Assembly: GCF_016433145.1 (NCBI RefSeq)
Contig: NC_058134.1
Location: 283,761,249-283,825,248, forward strand
Direction: 5' to 3'
DNA from: Gracilinanus agilis
Taxonomy: Eukaryota
DNA length: 64,000 bases
A program made the position numbers and the translations under genes. How positions within the stretch are numbered: position 1 is the first letter of the stretch; every line of letters starts with the position of its first letter. This document shows, piece after piece, positions 11,467-22,843 of this stretch. The notes under the pieces were generated by a model that did not search any database, was not told the DNA's origin, and worked only from the letters and a program-made list of their open reading frames with translations.

Positions 11467-14400
11467 CTAGGAGGGGGCCGGCTGCAGCTGCCCCTTGTAG
11501 ACGTATTCCAGAGCCGTGGCGATCGTCCTCATGTCCAGCTCGATGCTCCGCGCCCAGTTCTCCACGTCTCCAATTTCCTGGCGAGACAGAGAAAAGGGAG
11601 GGAGGCATCGGGAGGCCTCGAGGCCCGAAACCTCCCCTCCACATTTCTGTGGGCTGCTTCAGCCGTGTCGGACTCTGTGGGACCCCGTCTGTGAGGGCTT
11701 CGCCATTCCCTTCTCCGCCCCACTTATGGAGGAGTGACCGGAGGCCGCAGGGTGAGGCGGCTCAGTTACAGACAAATATATTCCAAGGAAGCGACTAAAG
11801 AACAAGAACACGCTCGGCCCGGGGAAAGGCCCGGCCCTGAGCAAGCTTTGGATTCGCTTTTGGGAACTGAGAGGAGCCCCGAGCAGTGACTGACCACCAA
11901 AGAACGGGTCAGCCCGTGACTCTGGCCAGGGCAGTTAACTGCCTCTCTTGGGCCACCCTAACAGCCCACTTGCCAGGACGGTGTGAACTCCACCCCGAAA
12001 GGTCTCATGGAGGGATGACGGCGGCCAAGAGGGGGGCCTCAGCTTTGGCTTCCTCTTGCCCCCTGCCGTTCCCCAGTGGCCCCTGAGAGGCCTACCTTCA
12101 GGGCCTGGTTGAAGTTCTCCACCATCCCTATCCACTGGCCTGTCTGCTTGGCAAACTGTGCGGCCTGGACCTGCAGTGTCTTCACCTCGTGGTCCAGCTT
12201 CCTCTGATTGACATAGGCTTGGGCCACCCTGGGGGGGAGGAGAACTGGGGTCGGTGGGGCCTCGTCTGTGGGGGACACTCTAGGCCAGCCCGGCCTGGCC
12301 CAGGCCAGCTTCCCAAAGCCGGGAGGGGAGGCAGAAGGCAAAAGCAGAGGGAGAAATCTTGGCCCTGTTGGATGGTCAGGGAACGTCTGCCAATCCTCCC
12401 TGGCTCTGGGAGCTTTGGGCCATGGGCCTGGGGAAGGGTGGGTTAAGGATGGGGGAATGCTGGGAAGCCGGGGCAGGAGGAGAACATCTGGCAGCGATTG
12501 GGAGCCCTGGAGACTGAGAGAGAAGCTGCGCTGGGAGGGAAGGCCGGACCCTCCCTGAATCGGGGGTGGGAGGGGGTGCCCCCCACCCCAGGAACGCCGG
12601 GTCAGGAGGGGCCCTGGGGACTCTCCTTCCTCCATCCTGGGCAGACATTCATGGAGGCCCCGGGGCAGGGCAGCCTCTCCCTCTCCCGGCCCACACGAGG
12701 TGGCTCTGGGCAGTGACCACAGAGATGGGCTGTCTCTGGCCCCACTTTGGCTCTTTCTCTCCCTGCAGCAGGAGCCGCCCAGAGTTCTGCTTCCCTGTTC
12801 CCAGCACCCTCTCGGGCCTCTGAGGGTGGAATCTGCGGGGGCTGAAGGAGTCGTCAGGGGATCAGGGAGGTGGAAGGGGGAAGGGCCGGAGAGGGGCCAG
12901 GACACCTGACCGGGCCTAGGACAGACGGAGTCTTTGTCTTTTCTTCCAGGGGGGGAAAGGGGCTGTGGGCAGCCACACAAAACCCCTTTAAATCCGGCTC
13001 TCCTCACACTGCCCCATGGAGCGGGAAGTGGGGCAGCCATCCCCTGCGCCATGCCCTCACCTCCCACGGGGAGGTGGGGGGGGCTGGCAGAGGGGGAGAA
13101 CCTCATGTAGTCTTACAGGATACCCACAGCCCAGAAGGCGCCCATGTAGGAGGCAAATGGCTCCTGCTCTCTGGAAGACAGCTGAGCCACAGCTGGGGTG
13201 GGGGAGGCGAGAGTGCCAGGAAGGCAGGGGGCTCCCCCTCACTTCCTTCCAAAGAAGAGCCTCCAGATGCAGCATGTGAGCAGGGGAGAGCCCCCAACAC
13301 CCCTAGAACAAAGCCCCCCTTCCTGGTCTTTCCCTCCAGGGGCCTTCCTTTACCCCAGGCAACAGCTCTCTCTGCTCAGGGGAAATGAGCTAGTGTGAAC
13401 CAAGTCTGACCCTCCCCAGCACAAACGGCTGACCAGGGGGTGACTCAGGCCTCACCACCACATCCAAGCTGTTCCCACAGCCCCTGCCCAAAGTGGGAGG
13501 AGACCCTGCACAGCTCTTCTCTGCCTATGACAAACCCCTGGATCCCAGGGCAGAAAGTGAGCCCTGACACTGGCCCTTGCAGGGTCTGTAGCCAACCTCT
13601 GTCCCCCTCTTCCCCCAAGCAGCCCTCTCTGAGGAGTCTCCGACCTCGGGACCTCTGAGGAACGAGGCTGAAGGCCCTGAGAGCAAGGAGAGATGAGGTC
13701 TGGCCCGCTGCCACCCCTTGGCACAGGCATTCTATACTCTCAGCTGTGCCCGCCATGCTGGCTGCTCTGCAGGCCTGCCAGGAGGCTGGGGAGGGCTGTT
13801 GTGGGAAGGAGAGTGACCAGGCCTTCCTGCTGAAACGACAGCTGGACATGGGGAGGGGGAACAGAAGGTGGGCGAGTGGTACCCCAGAGGCCAGGCATGG
13901 GAGGTGGACTTTCCCCAGGAGACCCCCTTCTCAGACCAAAAAAAAAATAGTCTTAGTTTGGGACGAATGGAGAGAGCAGACAGGAAGGTGAGCCAGGCCA
14001 TACCCAACATTGAGGTGGTCCACCAGGGCTTCTGTCAGGCACGTGGCTGCAGCAATGGCTTCCCGCCGCCTCTTTTCTGGGAATTGTAAGATCAGAGGGT
14101 TAGAGTTAAACAGGACCGTAGACTTTCAACCCTCTTAAATTTTAAAATGATATTTAAATCTTTTTTTCAATTACATGTAAAAACAAATTTCAACATTTCT
14201 TTTTTAAGTTTTGAGTTCCAAATTCTCTCCTTCCCCTCCGCCCTCACCAAGAAGGCCTGGGATTTCATAGAGGGTTTATATATATATGTATACACACACA
14301 CATACATACACATACATATATATAGTTTTTTTGAGGAGGAAACTGAGGCCCCGAGAAGTCCCATGATTTATTGGAGAGGCGATTTGGGCCTGGCTCCCTC

Positions 14401-15366
14401 ACTATTCCCTGGTTCTCCTCCCAGAGTCTAGTGAGAAGGCTTAGGCTGGGGCAGGGGCTTGGGGCTCTCCAATCCAAGTCACAAGAACAAGAATAAGGAA
14501 GACCCTAGAAGTCATCAGGCATGGAGTGCTCTAAATTTGCAATCAATGGACACACATTCTTTCATTTGATTCTCAGGCCTGGCCAGGATTTCACTGGCTC
14601 AGGCAGTCCTGGGGGAGACCTGACACGTTCAGCAATAGAAAGAGAACCAGCTCACATTTATATGGGACTTGGGAGGTGCCGGGTTCTCATTGGCTCCTCA
14701 TAATGGGGCACGCGGGGACTATTATTGGCCTCATTTTGCAGGAAAGGACATTGAGGGTGGCAAGGGGCACGTGACTTGCCCAGGGTCACCAGGCTAGTAG
14801 CATCTGAGACTAAATCTGAACTCAGATCTTCCTGCCTCCGGCCCGTGCAAGCTGCCCAAGTCTCGGACTAGGAGGCGCAGCCAGAGCACCGAGAGGGACT
14901 TGCCCAGGAGGGCCACAGTCAGTTTCAGGTCAGGGGCAGGACTTGAATGCAGGTCTTTCTGACTCCACGCCCAGCGTGTTTTACTTATTAAGCGTCAGGG
15001 CTACAAGGACAATTGGGCTCCCTCTGCTCTCCAGGGGTCAAGGGAATCCTGGGGACTGTCACTAAGCGGGACTTCCTCCCCCGCAGTTCCCGCGCCCCAC
15101 GTCCAAGCCCCGCCTACTCCGGGGGCGCCATCGCCTGGGGCCAATGGGAGGCGAGTCTCTCCGGCGGGGGTGGGGCCAGGATAGGGGCGGGGCCAGGCCG
15201 GGAGGTGGGAGGACGTCTCCACGGGGATCCGAACCAGAGGCCCGGGAGCCGAGCCAGCCCGGGGCCTGCGGAGGGAGCGGCACGCGGGGCTGGCCCCAGG
15301 CTCACCCTGCAGCTCCTTGCGCTCGTTCTGCTTCGCTTGGTGCTCCTTCAGCAGGCGGGACAGCAT
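11467..15366 (-). CDS. BLOC1S1: BLOC-1/BORC subunit 1 (BLOS1, GCN5L1), 125 aa, 4 exons
   Basis: Exons (minus) 15366-15306, 14076-14004, 12228-12096, 11577-11467 = 378 nt. Translation [61 protein letters not shown]...ATALEYVYKGQLQPAPS. Confidence 0.98.
11474..11494 (-). promoter_or_regulatory. IRE1 RIDD cleavage stem-loop in BLOC1S1 mRNA
   Basis: mRNA reads GGGGCAG-CUGCAGC-CGGCCCC: a 7-nt loop containing CUGCAG on a 7-position stem with one A.G mismatch. It lies at the position of the known mammalian BLOC1S1 RIDD site. Confidence 0.75.
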
Positions 15367-15399
15367 GACCGGGCCGGGGTCGGGGATTGCCGGAGGCCC

Positions 15400-15480
15400 T
15401 CTAGCTTCCGCTACCACAGCCTCGGCCTCTGCGGCATTCACGTCACGTGGCCTAACGTCATACGGAGCCCCGCCCCCTTG
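15400..15480 (-). promoter_or_regulatory. BLOC1S1 proximal promoter (CpG island) with CLEAR/E-box and CRE-like motifs
   Basis: GTCACGTGGC 15442-15451, overlapping TCACGTCA 15438-15445, CGTCA 15456-15460, ETS-like CTTCCG near 15405 and a GC box near 15468-15477. Confidence 0.6.
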
Positions 15481-18400
15481 GGGGAAGGGCGAGGATGGGT
15501 CTTTGGGGTGGAGAGAGACGAGGCGGGGCTTGGAGGACGGCGGAAGGCGGGGAGGGGAAGGGAAGGGAAGGGAAGAGGACTGGCCAGACAACCCTCAGTG
15601 GGTCACCTTTAGCTTGGCTGAACGTAGCTGGCGGAATGCCTAGGCACCTGTATGTACTTGGCCCGTTGTTTTTAGCCTCCTTTATCTTTTCCCAGTAATC
15701 CTCCGCTAATGTCCCGCGTTGTGCAAAGAAGGCTCGCGGTCCTCCTTAATGTTAGTGCCTTCCCTCTGAGGTTATCTCCCGTTTATCTTGTCTGTAGCCC
15801 CTCTGTATACTGTATCCCCCATTAGACTGTGATTCTCTTCCCTTTCTTTACATCTCCGAGGATTGGCACTTACATTAGATGCTTCATAAATGTTTATTGA
15901 CCGACCCTTGACTTTTATCCTAATTATATGAGACGTTCTACTCTGCAGCTAAACTGGCCTTCTGGATTGCTTTGGCTCACGCTTGCCACACCACCTACAG
16001 GCTCTGTGTTTTCCGTCTCCCAAATTTAAAGGGTTTGCATCGTCTCATGGACACTGTCTCTTCGAATCTCTGATTAAGTCAAAAAACCGAGAGGACAAGC
16101 ATTTATCAAGTACCTACTGTGTGCCAAGCATTGGGGATAGAAAGACAAAAAGCAATCCCTCTTCCCAAGGGACTCATTGTCTAATGAGGAGACAACATAC
16201 AAATGACCAAAGACAAACAATCTCTAGGCAGGAGAAACTGGAGATAATCTTAGGGCAAGGCACTAACATTAGGGAGGAACCACAAAACTTAAAAAAATTT
16301 ATTTTTATCATCATGCAAAAGCCCCATTCCACATTGGCCATTGGTGTAGGAGCAAACTCCATAACCAAGACCCCCAAATCCATAAATACACTCATGTGAA
16401 AGATGACCCCAATGGTTATGCCTCTGGAGCTGGAGAGCATTCCCTGCCATGAGCCTTTCAGGATTGTTCTGATTATTGCATTGCTGAGAGGATCCAGTTT
16501 TCAGTTTCACAGATAATCATCATATGATATTGCTGTTGCTGTGTACAATGTTCTCCCTGTTCTGCTTATTTCATTTTGTTTCAGTTCATGTAGTTCCAGC
16601 TTTTTCTGAAATCATCTTGCTTATTATTTCTCATAGCATAATAGTATTCCATCACCAACATGGACCACAGCTTGTTCAGCCATTCCCCAATGGATGGACA
16701 TCCCCCAATTTCCAATTCTTTGCCACCACAAAAATATATTTTTGTACAAGTAGGTCCTTTCCCCTCTTTAATGATCTCTTTGGCCCTACAGACCCAGCAG
16801 GACCATAAGACTTCTTACAGAAGTTGATATTTTTTTCCCTGAGATTTGAAGGAAACCAGGAAAGCTGAGAGATGGGCAAGAAGTCCAGGCTGTCTGGAAT
16901 CAGACAAAAAAGACATAGAGAGAATGGGGTGCCAGAGTGGCAGGTTATGGAGGAGGCCAGTGTCACTAGTTCAAAGAGAATGAGGAGAAGGTGTAAGACG
17001 ATCAGAAAGACAGAAATGGGCCAGGTTATGGACAGTTTTAAAAGCCCAAACAGGATTTTATATTTGATTCTGGAGATAAAAGGGAGTCCTTGAAATTTTC
17101 CTCAAAGCTTAGCTCAAAAGCCAACAAATATATGTATAACTTTTTGATCCCCAAACTGCTAGTGTTTCCTCTGAAAATTTATTTTGTATATATTTTGTGT
17201 ATACACACACACACACACACACACACAGTATACAACATATATTTTGGCAATAGTTAGAGCATTGGGCTTGGAGTCAGGAAAATGGGTTTGACTCTGGAGT
17301 CAGACATTAGCTGGAAGAAGGAAATTTAAGTAAACAGCTTCTCATTCGTATCAGTTTAAGAATCCCTTTAGTCTGGGGGCAGCTGGATGGCTCAGTAGAT
17401 TGAGAGCCAGGCCTAGAGAAGGGAGGTCTTAGGTTCATTCAAATCTCGCCTCAGACACTTCCTAGCTGTGTGACCCTGGGCAAGTCACTTGACCCCCATT
17501 GCCTAGCCCTGTAACAAATAAAATTAATATAGAAGGATATGTATAAAATATATTAGGGTTAAAAAAAAAAGAATCCCTTTAGTCTGATACCATGTAATTG
17601 GGTGGTTTGTAGTAAGAATATAGTCTCAGCCAAGAGTCTATGTATATAACCAGATTAAGAATGAAGTCCCAAGGTAATGCCTGAGTAATAGTTGTAAGTG
17701 TTTGTGTGTTATTATGTTTTTTTTTAATTCAATTTTCCCAATTGCATGTCATAATAATTTTCAACATAGGTTTTCCATCATTATAAGATCTAAACCATCT
17801 CCTTCCTTCCTTTCCCTTCCCTCAATTGGAGATGGTGAGCAATTTGATTTGGGTCACCCATGTATTATCATGCAAAACAGTGTTAGTACATTCATCACAA
17901 GTGGGATATATATTATTTTATTCTTTGTGTTAAGATGATTCATGGAGGTAGGTAGTGTAAGAGGGTGACCAGAGCAGCAGAAAGGTCTGGTAAACCAAGT
18001 CTTGTAGGGTGGGGAGGCTAGGGATTTCTCAGAAATAGGGGTTGGGGATTTATTTTTGTATTTTGTAACTCAAGGTCTCAGACCTTACTAGGGGTGTCTG
18101 TAGACCTCTGACTTGTTTGCCTTGCCCACAAAATAAAGTCAGACTTTGCTAAGAGAGTACTTTGCCCAGTCTTTTTCTTTCATAGTTAAGTGTTCTTGGG
18201 CAAGTTACTTAATCCCTGCCTCAGTTTCCTCATCTGTAAAATGGGGATAATAATAGCACCTACTTTCCCAGATTGTTGTGAGGATCAAGAAATAGTCATT
18301 ACAAGGCACTTAGCACAATGCCAGGGACATAGTAAGAGATATATAATAATAACGATGATGAGGCTTGTATAGTCATTATATACGTGTCTCCTGGAAAGAA

Positions 18401-18489
18401 TTAAGTGCAGTAAGCCCAGGGACTATTTCTTTCTCTCCCTAGCTTAGCCTTGAGCAAGCACTTAGTAAATGTTTTTTGATTGATTACTT

Positions 18490-18960
18490 CTCAATGGCCT
18501 GGATAAAGGCAAGCTCATCAAAGTTGCAGATGATACCTACAGGGATAACTAACACACCGAACAACAGTCAGGATGCCCAAAGATCTTGACTGGCTTTACC
18601 ATTTGGCTGAATTTAATAAGAGTATTTAATAGGGATAAATGGAAAGCAAACTCTATAATGACAGGATGGTGGGAGGCATGATTAGGAAGCAGTGTGTATG
18701 AAAAAAGTATGGAGGTGTTAGTGGACTGCTGGCTCATTCTGAGTCAGCACGATGATGTGAGAGCTAAAGCTAGCGTGCTGATGGGCTGCATTAATAGAAG
18801 CACAGCTTACAGGAATAAGGTTGCATTCTCCCCTCCTCAGAACACACCTAAAATAGTGGGTTCAGTTCTAGGTGCCACAGTTTAAGAAGGACATTGATAA
18901 GCTGGAGAGAGTCAGAGGAGAACAACCAGGATCAAGAGCCATTTGAAGAAACTGAGGATT
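18490..18960 (+). mobile_element. L3/CR1 reverse-transcriptase fragment (another at ~47720-47970)
   Basis: Degraded CR1-type RT motifs: KVADDT, gtcagcacgatgatgtgagagctaaagc, ggacattgataagctggagagagtc. Confidence 0.55.
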
Positions 18961-19654
18961 CTCACACTAGATAAGAGTTCTCAGCCAGGCCTAGAGACTG
19001 GAGGTCCTAGGTTCAAATCTGGCCTCAGACACTTCCCAGCTGTGTGATCCTGGGCAAGTCACTTAACCTCCATTGCCTAGCCCTTACCACTCTTCTGCCT
19101 TGGAACCAATATGCAGCATTGATTCCAAGACAGAAGGTAAGGGTTTTATTTAAAAAAAAAAAAAAAAAAAAAAGTTCTCATGGAGAAAAAGAGGAACAAA
19201 AGGATTTTTTTCAAGGATTTCGAAGGACTCAAGAGGAAAGAAAATTAGATCCTTTCTGAGGAACCAGAGATAGTGAGTGGAAGTTACAGAGGCAGGTGGG
19301 TGGGTCTCCCTCCAAGAAGGTCTTTCAGCTGAGGCTGGAAGATGACTCATTAAATATATTATAGTAGAAATTATTTTGGGGTATGGGTTAGCCTAGATGA
19401 CTAATGCAATTTCTTCCAACTCTAAATTCTGTGATCCTGTGAGATTGAAGGGAGAGGGTAATGGAAGATGGAAATTTTGGAGAAGGGAAAAGGAAGAAAG
19501 ATGGTGTGGATATTATAAGAGAGGAGGGCAGGAAGACAGAGGAGACACTGGGGGAAAGATAGGTCAGAGAGGTAGCAGGGACATTGTGGGAGGGGCTATT
19601 GGAATGGGAAGCAAGTGAGTAGGGGAATTGGAAGAAGGGTGGGAAAGATGATAA

Positions 19655-20345
19655 TACCACTACTAGGTGTGTATCTCAAAAGAGATTAAAAAAAAAAAAA
19701 GAGGGAAAAGGACCTACTTGTACAAAAATATAGCTGCTCTTTTTGTGGTAGTAAAGAAATGAAAACTAAAGGGATGTCCCTCAATTGGGGAATGGCTGAA
19801 CAAATAGTGGTATATGGTGGTGATGGAATACTATTGTGCTGTAAGGAATGATGAACAGGATGATTTCAGAAAGAGATGGGAAGACCTACATGAACTGATG
19901 CAGAGTGAAATAAGTAGAACCAGGAGAACATTGTATACAGTAACAGCAATATTGTGGAATGATCAACTGTGATGGACTTAACTACTCTCATCAGTACAAT
20001 GATCTAGGACACTTCTGAGGACTTATGACAAAGATCACTATCCACCTCCAGAGAAAGAACTGCAGGAAGATGAATGCAGATGAAAGCAAATGATTTTTCA
20101 CTTGTTTATTTGGGTTTATATTTTGGGGTTTTGGTTTTTTAAGATTACTCATTTACAAAAAATAAACAATATGGAAATATGTTTTGCGTGATAATACATG
20201 TATAACCCAGATCAAGTCTTCTGCCAGCTCTGGGAGGGGGAAGGGAAGGGAGGGAGGGAGAGAAGTTAAGTCATATAACTTAGGAAAACTTGTATGGAAA
20301 TTTGTTATTACATGTAATTGGTAAAAAAAATTAAAAAAAAAACCC
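19655..20345 (+). mobile_element. L1 3' end fragment (marsupial L1)
   Basis: ORF2 C-terminal/3'UTR-like sequence (ccactactagg...gatgtccctcaattggggaatggctgaacaaa...) ending in an A-rich tail. Homologous minus-strand fragments at ~16285-16790, 44925-45810, 48850-49080 and a plus-strand fragment at 59735-60400. Confidence 0.8.
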
Positions 20346-22696
20346 AGTAAACTAAGAAAGGTGGTAAAAGCTGTCTGAGAAGAAGGGGATATGGGAATTA
20401 GGAAGAGTGGAAGAGGAGGAGCATTGGAGGATAGGAGAAGGGGAAGGGTTTTAGATGATGGAGATAATTAGGGAAGGGTGAAGATGTGATGGAGATAAAG
20501 GGAAAAGAGAAAGGAGAACCTGAGGAACATTTTAGGGGAAAAGGAATGGGAGGTATTGAGGGAGGGGAGGGGAGATGATGAGGATACTGGGAAAAATGGG
20601 CAAGTATGGAAAAAAGAGTAAAGGAGAAATAGAGTTATTGGAGGTATTTTGGGAGAGAATGACGAATATTTTGGAGCCAGTGGAGACTGGGAGAAGTCCA
20701 TTATCAGCTGATTTTGGAAGTGTGTGTATAAAGTGTTCAGAGAAAACTCACCTTCCTTCATAACGGGAAACCCCCTTTTCCCCCCTCCTCCATTTTTTCA
20801 CTTTAAAAAATATTTTAATTAATAAAGATGGAGGCAAGAAAGAAAGAAATATTTAGATAACTGTTGCAGAAAAAGAGATCTGGGTCAGCTGATGAGACCC
20901 ATGTCTCGAAGAAAAGGGAATCTCACCTTCTGTGCCCCTCATATTTTGTGATCCAGGGATGCTGGTCTCATGGCTATTCCTTGAACAAGACATCTATCTC
21001 CTAACTCTGGCCACTGCCATGCCTGGACTGCTCTACCTCCTTATCTCAACATCTTGACTTTCCTGGCTTTCTTCATGTTCCATTTAAAACCCCACCTTCT
21101 ACAGAAAGCCTTTCCCAATCCCTTTTCCAAAGTTATCCAGTATTTAGTTTGTTTGTATGTTGTTTTCTCTATGAACTCTTTGAGAGCTGGAACTGTTTTT
21201 TGCCTTTTTTTTTTTTTTTAAATCCTCAGTGCTTAACATAGTGTCTGGCACATAATAGGTTCTATTTTTTTAGGCAAATGGGATTAAGTGACTTGCCCAG
21301 GGTCACATAGCTGGGAAGTATCTGAATTCATGTTTGAACCCAGGTCCTCCTGTTTCCAGGCCTGGTGCTCTATCTACTGGGCCACCCAGCTACCCCATAA
21401 TAGGTACCCAATAAATGTTTTTTTAATTGATTGACTTCCCTTTCTACTACAAATTTGTGCAGGTTCCATTTTTCTTTGAGTCTGAGGCTTCTGAGGGGAT
21501 TGAGGTTGTTAGACTATCCCTGATAGTGACCTCTTTCTGGGGTGTTTGAGGGATTAGAGGAACTCTGGTCTCATTGAAATTCTCTCCCTTCCCTTTCGTT
21601 CCCTTCCTAGTTGCTGGCAAATTCCCAGGTTGATTCCTGGCTTTGCATTCTCCCTCCATGTTCTGCAAATAAGCTCCTAATGTCAGGAATTTTCCCCTTC
21701 CTTCCTCTACTTATTTTTACTGCCTCACCAACTGTCCATCTCCTTGCCCTTGATAATTAAAACAGCCAACTAATTGACCTCTTGATTATCCCTGGTAGTA
21801 TATTAGTTGGAGAAACTTTGTGTGGGAACTAAAATCCTGAATTTTCTCTCCTCCCCCTTCCAGATAGATTGGTGTTCTGGGAATGCAAACTCATTTCAGT
21901 CTTAGCAGAAGCAAAATATAAGTAATCACTGCCAAAAAGATCATCATATGGTGTGTCTCCAAACTAAAGAGAAATGCTTTTGTGCATTGTCCACCATCGA
22001 TTTCATGATTAGCTTTTAGATGATCCATGGTACTGCTCTTCTCTCCCCTAGCATTGATGATTGAAAATTGACCCTGTTATACATACAGAACAAGGGAGAA
22101 CTGGGTCAACAGCAATAGAGAGATTGAAGTTAGAAATAGGGTGGGGTGGATTGAGAACCAGGTCTAGAGATGGGAGGTCCTAGGTTCAAATTTGACCTCA
22201 GACACGTCTTTCCTAGCTGAGAGACCCCAGGCAAGTCACTTAACCCTTGTTGCCTAGCTTTTAGCACTCTTCTGCCTTAGAATCAATAAAGAATATTGAT
22301 TCTAAGATGGAAGGTAAGGGTTAAAAAAAGAAAAAGAAAGAATAGGAAAAGATTACCCTTAAAGTTGCAAGAAGCAACTATTATGTTTTCTCTTCTCCAG
22401 GCTAAATGCCTCTACTTCCTTCAGTTTAACTCATGGATCCCCTCAACATCTCAGTTACCCTTTGGCTTGTTCATGCCTTTCCTAAAACATGGCATACAGG
22501 AATGGGTTTATCCTTATTTTACACATGAGGAAACTGAGGATCAAAAGAATTTGATATTGGCTGGTAGTCATTGAGTGAATGAAGTAAAGTGTCAGAGACA
22601 GGATTTAATTAGAGTCCATCTGTCCTGACTTAGATTTCCAAGGCATTTTGGCTGCCCTATATAAGTCAATATCCCATGAAAAAATTCAGTAAACAT

Positions 22697-22843
22697 NNNN
22701 NNNNNNNNNNNNNNNNNNNNNNNNNNNNNNNNNNNNNNNNNNNNNNNNNNNNNNNNNNNNNNNNNNNNNNNNNNNNNNNNNNNNNNNNNNNNNNNNNNNN
22801 NNNNNNNNNNNNNNNNNNNNNNNNNNNNNNNNNNNNNNNNNNN
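22697..22843. other. Assembly gap (N run)
   Basis: 147 N. Further gaps at 32360-32612, 32726-32923 (hides the ITGA7 exon 2 acceptor) and 37550-37716. Confidence 1.

Noticed and set aside
12039-13106. 355-aa minus-strand ORF
   Set aside because: It is BLOC1S1 exon 3 plus stop-poor GC-rich intron. Only the VAQAY...NQALK part is real coding sequence.
20380-20760. Long purine-rich tracts (also 31230-31500, 53590-54050) giving Leu/Ser/Phe/Pro-rich ORFs on the minus strand
   Set aside because: Low-complexity composition explains the ORFs, and there is no splice or codon evidence.
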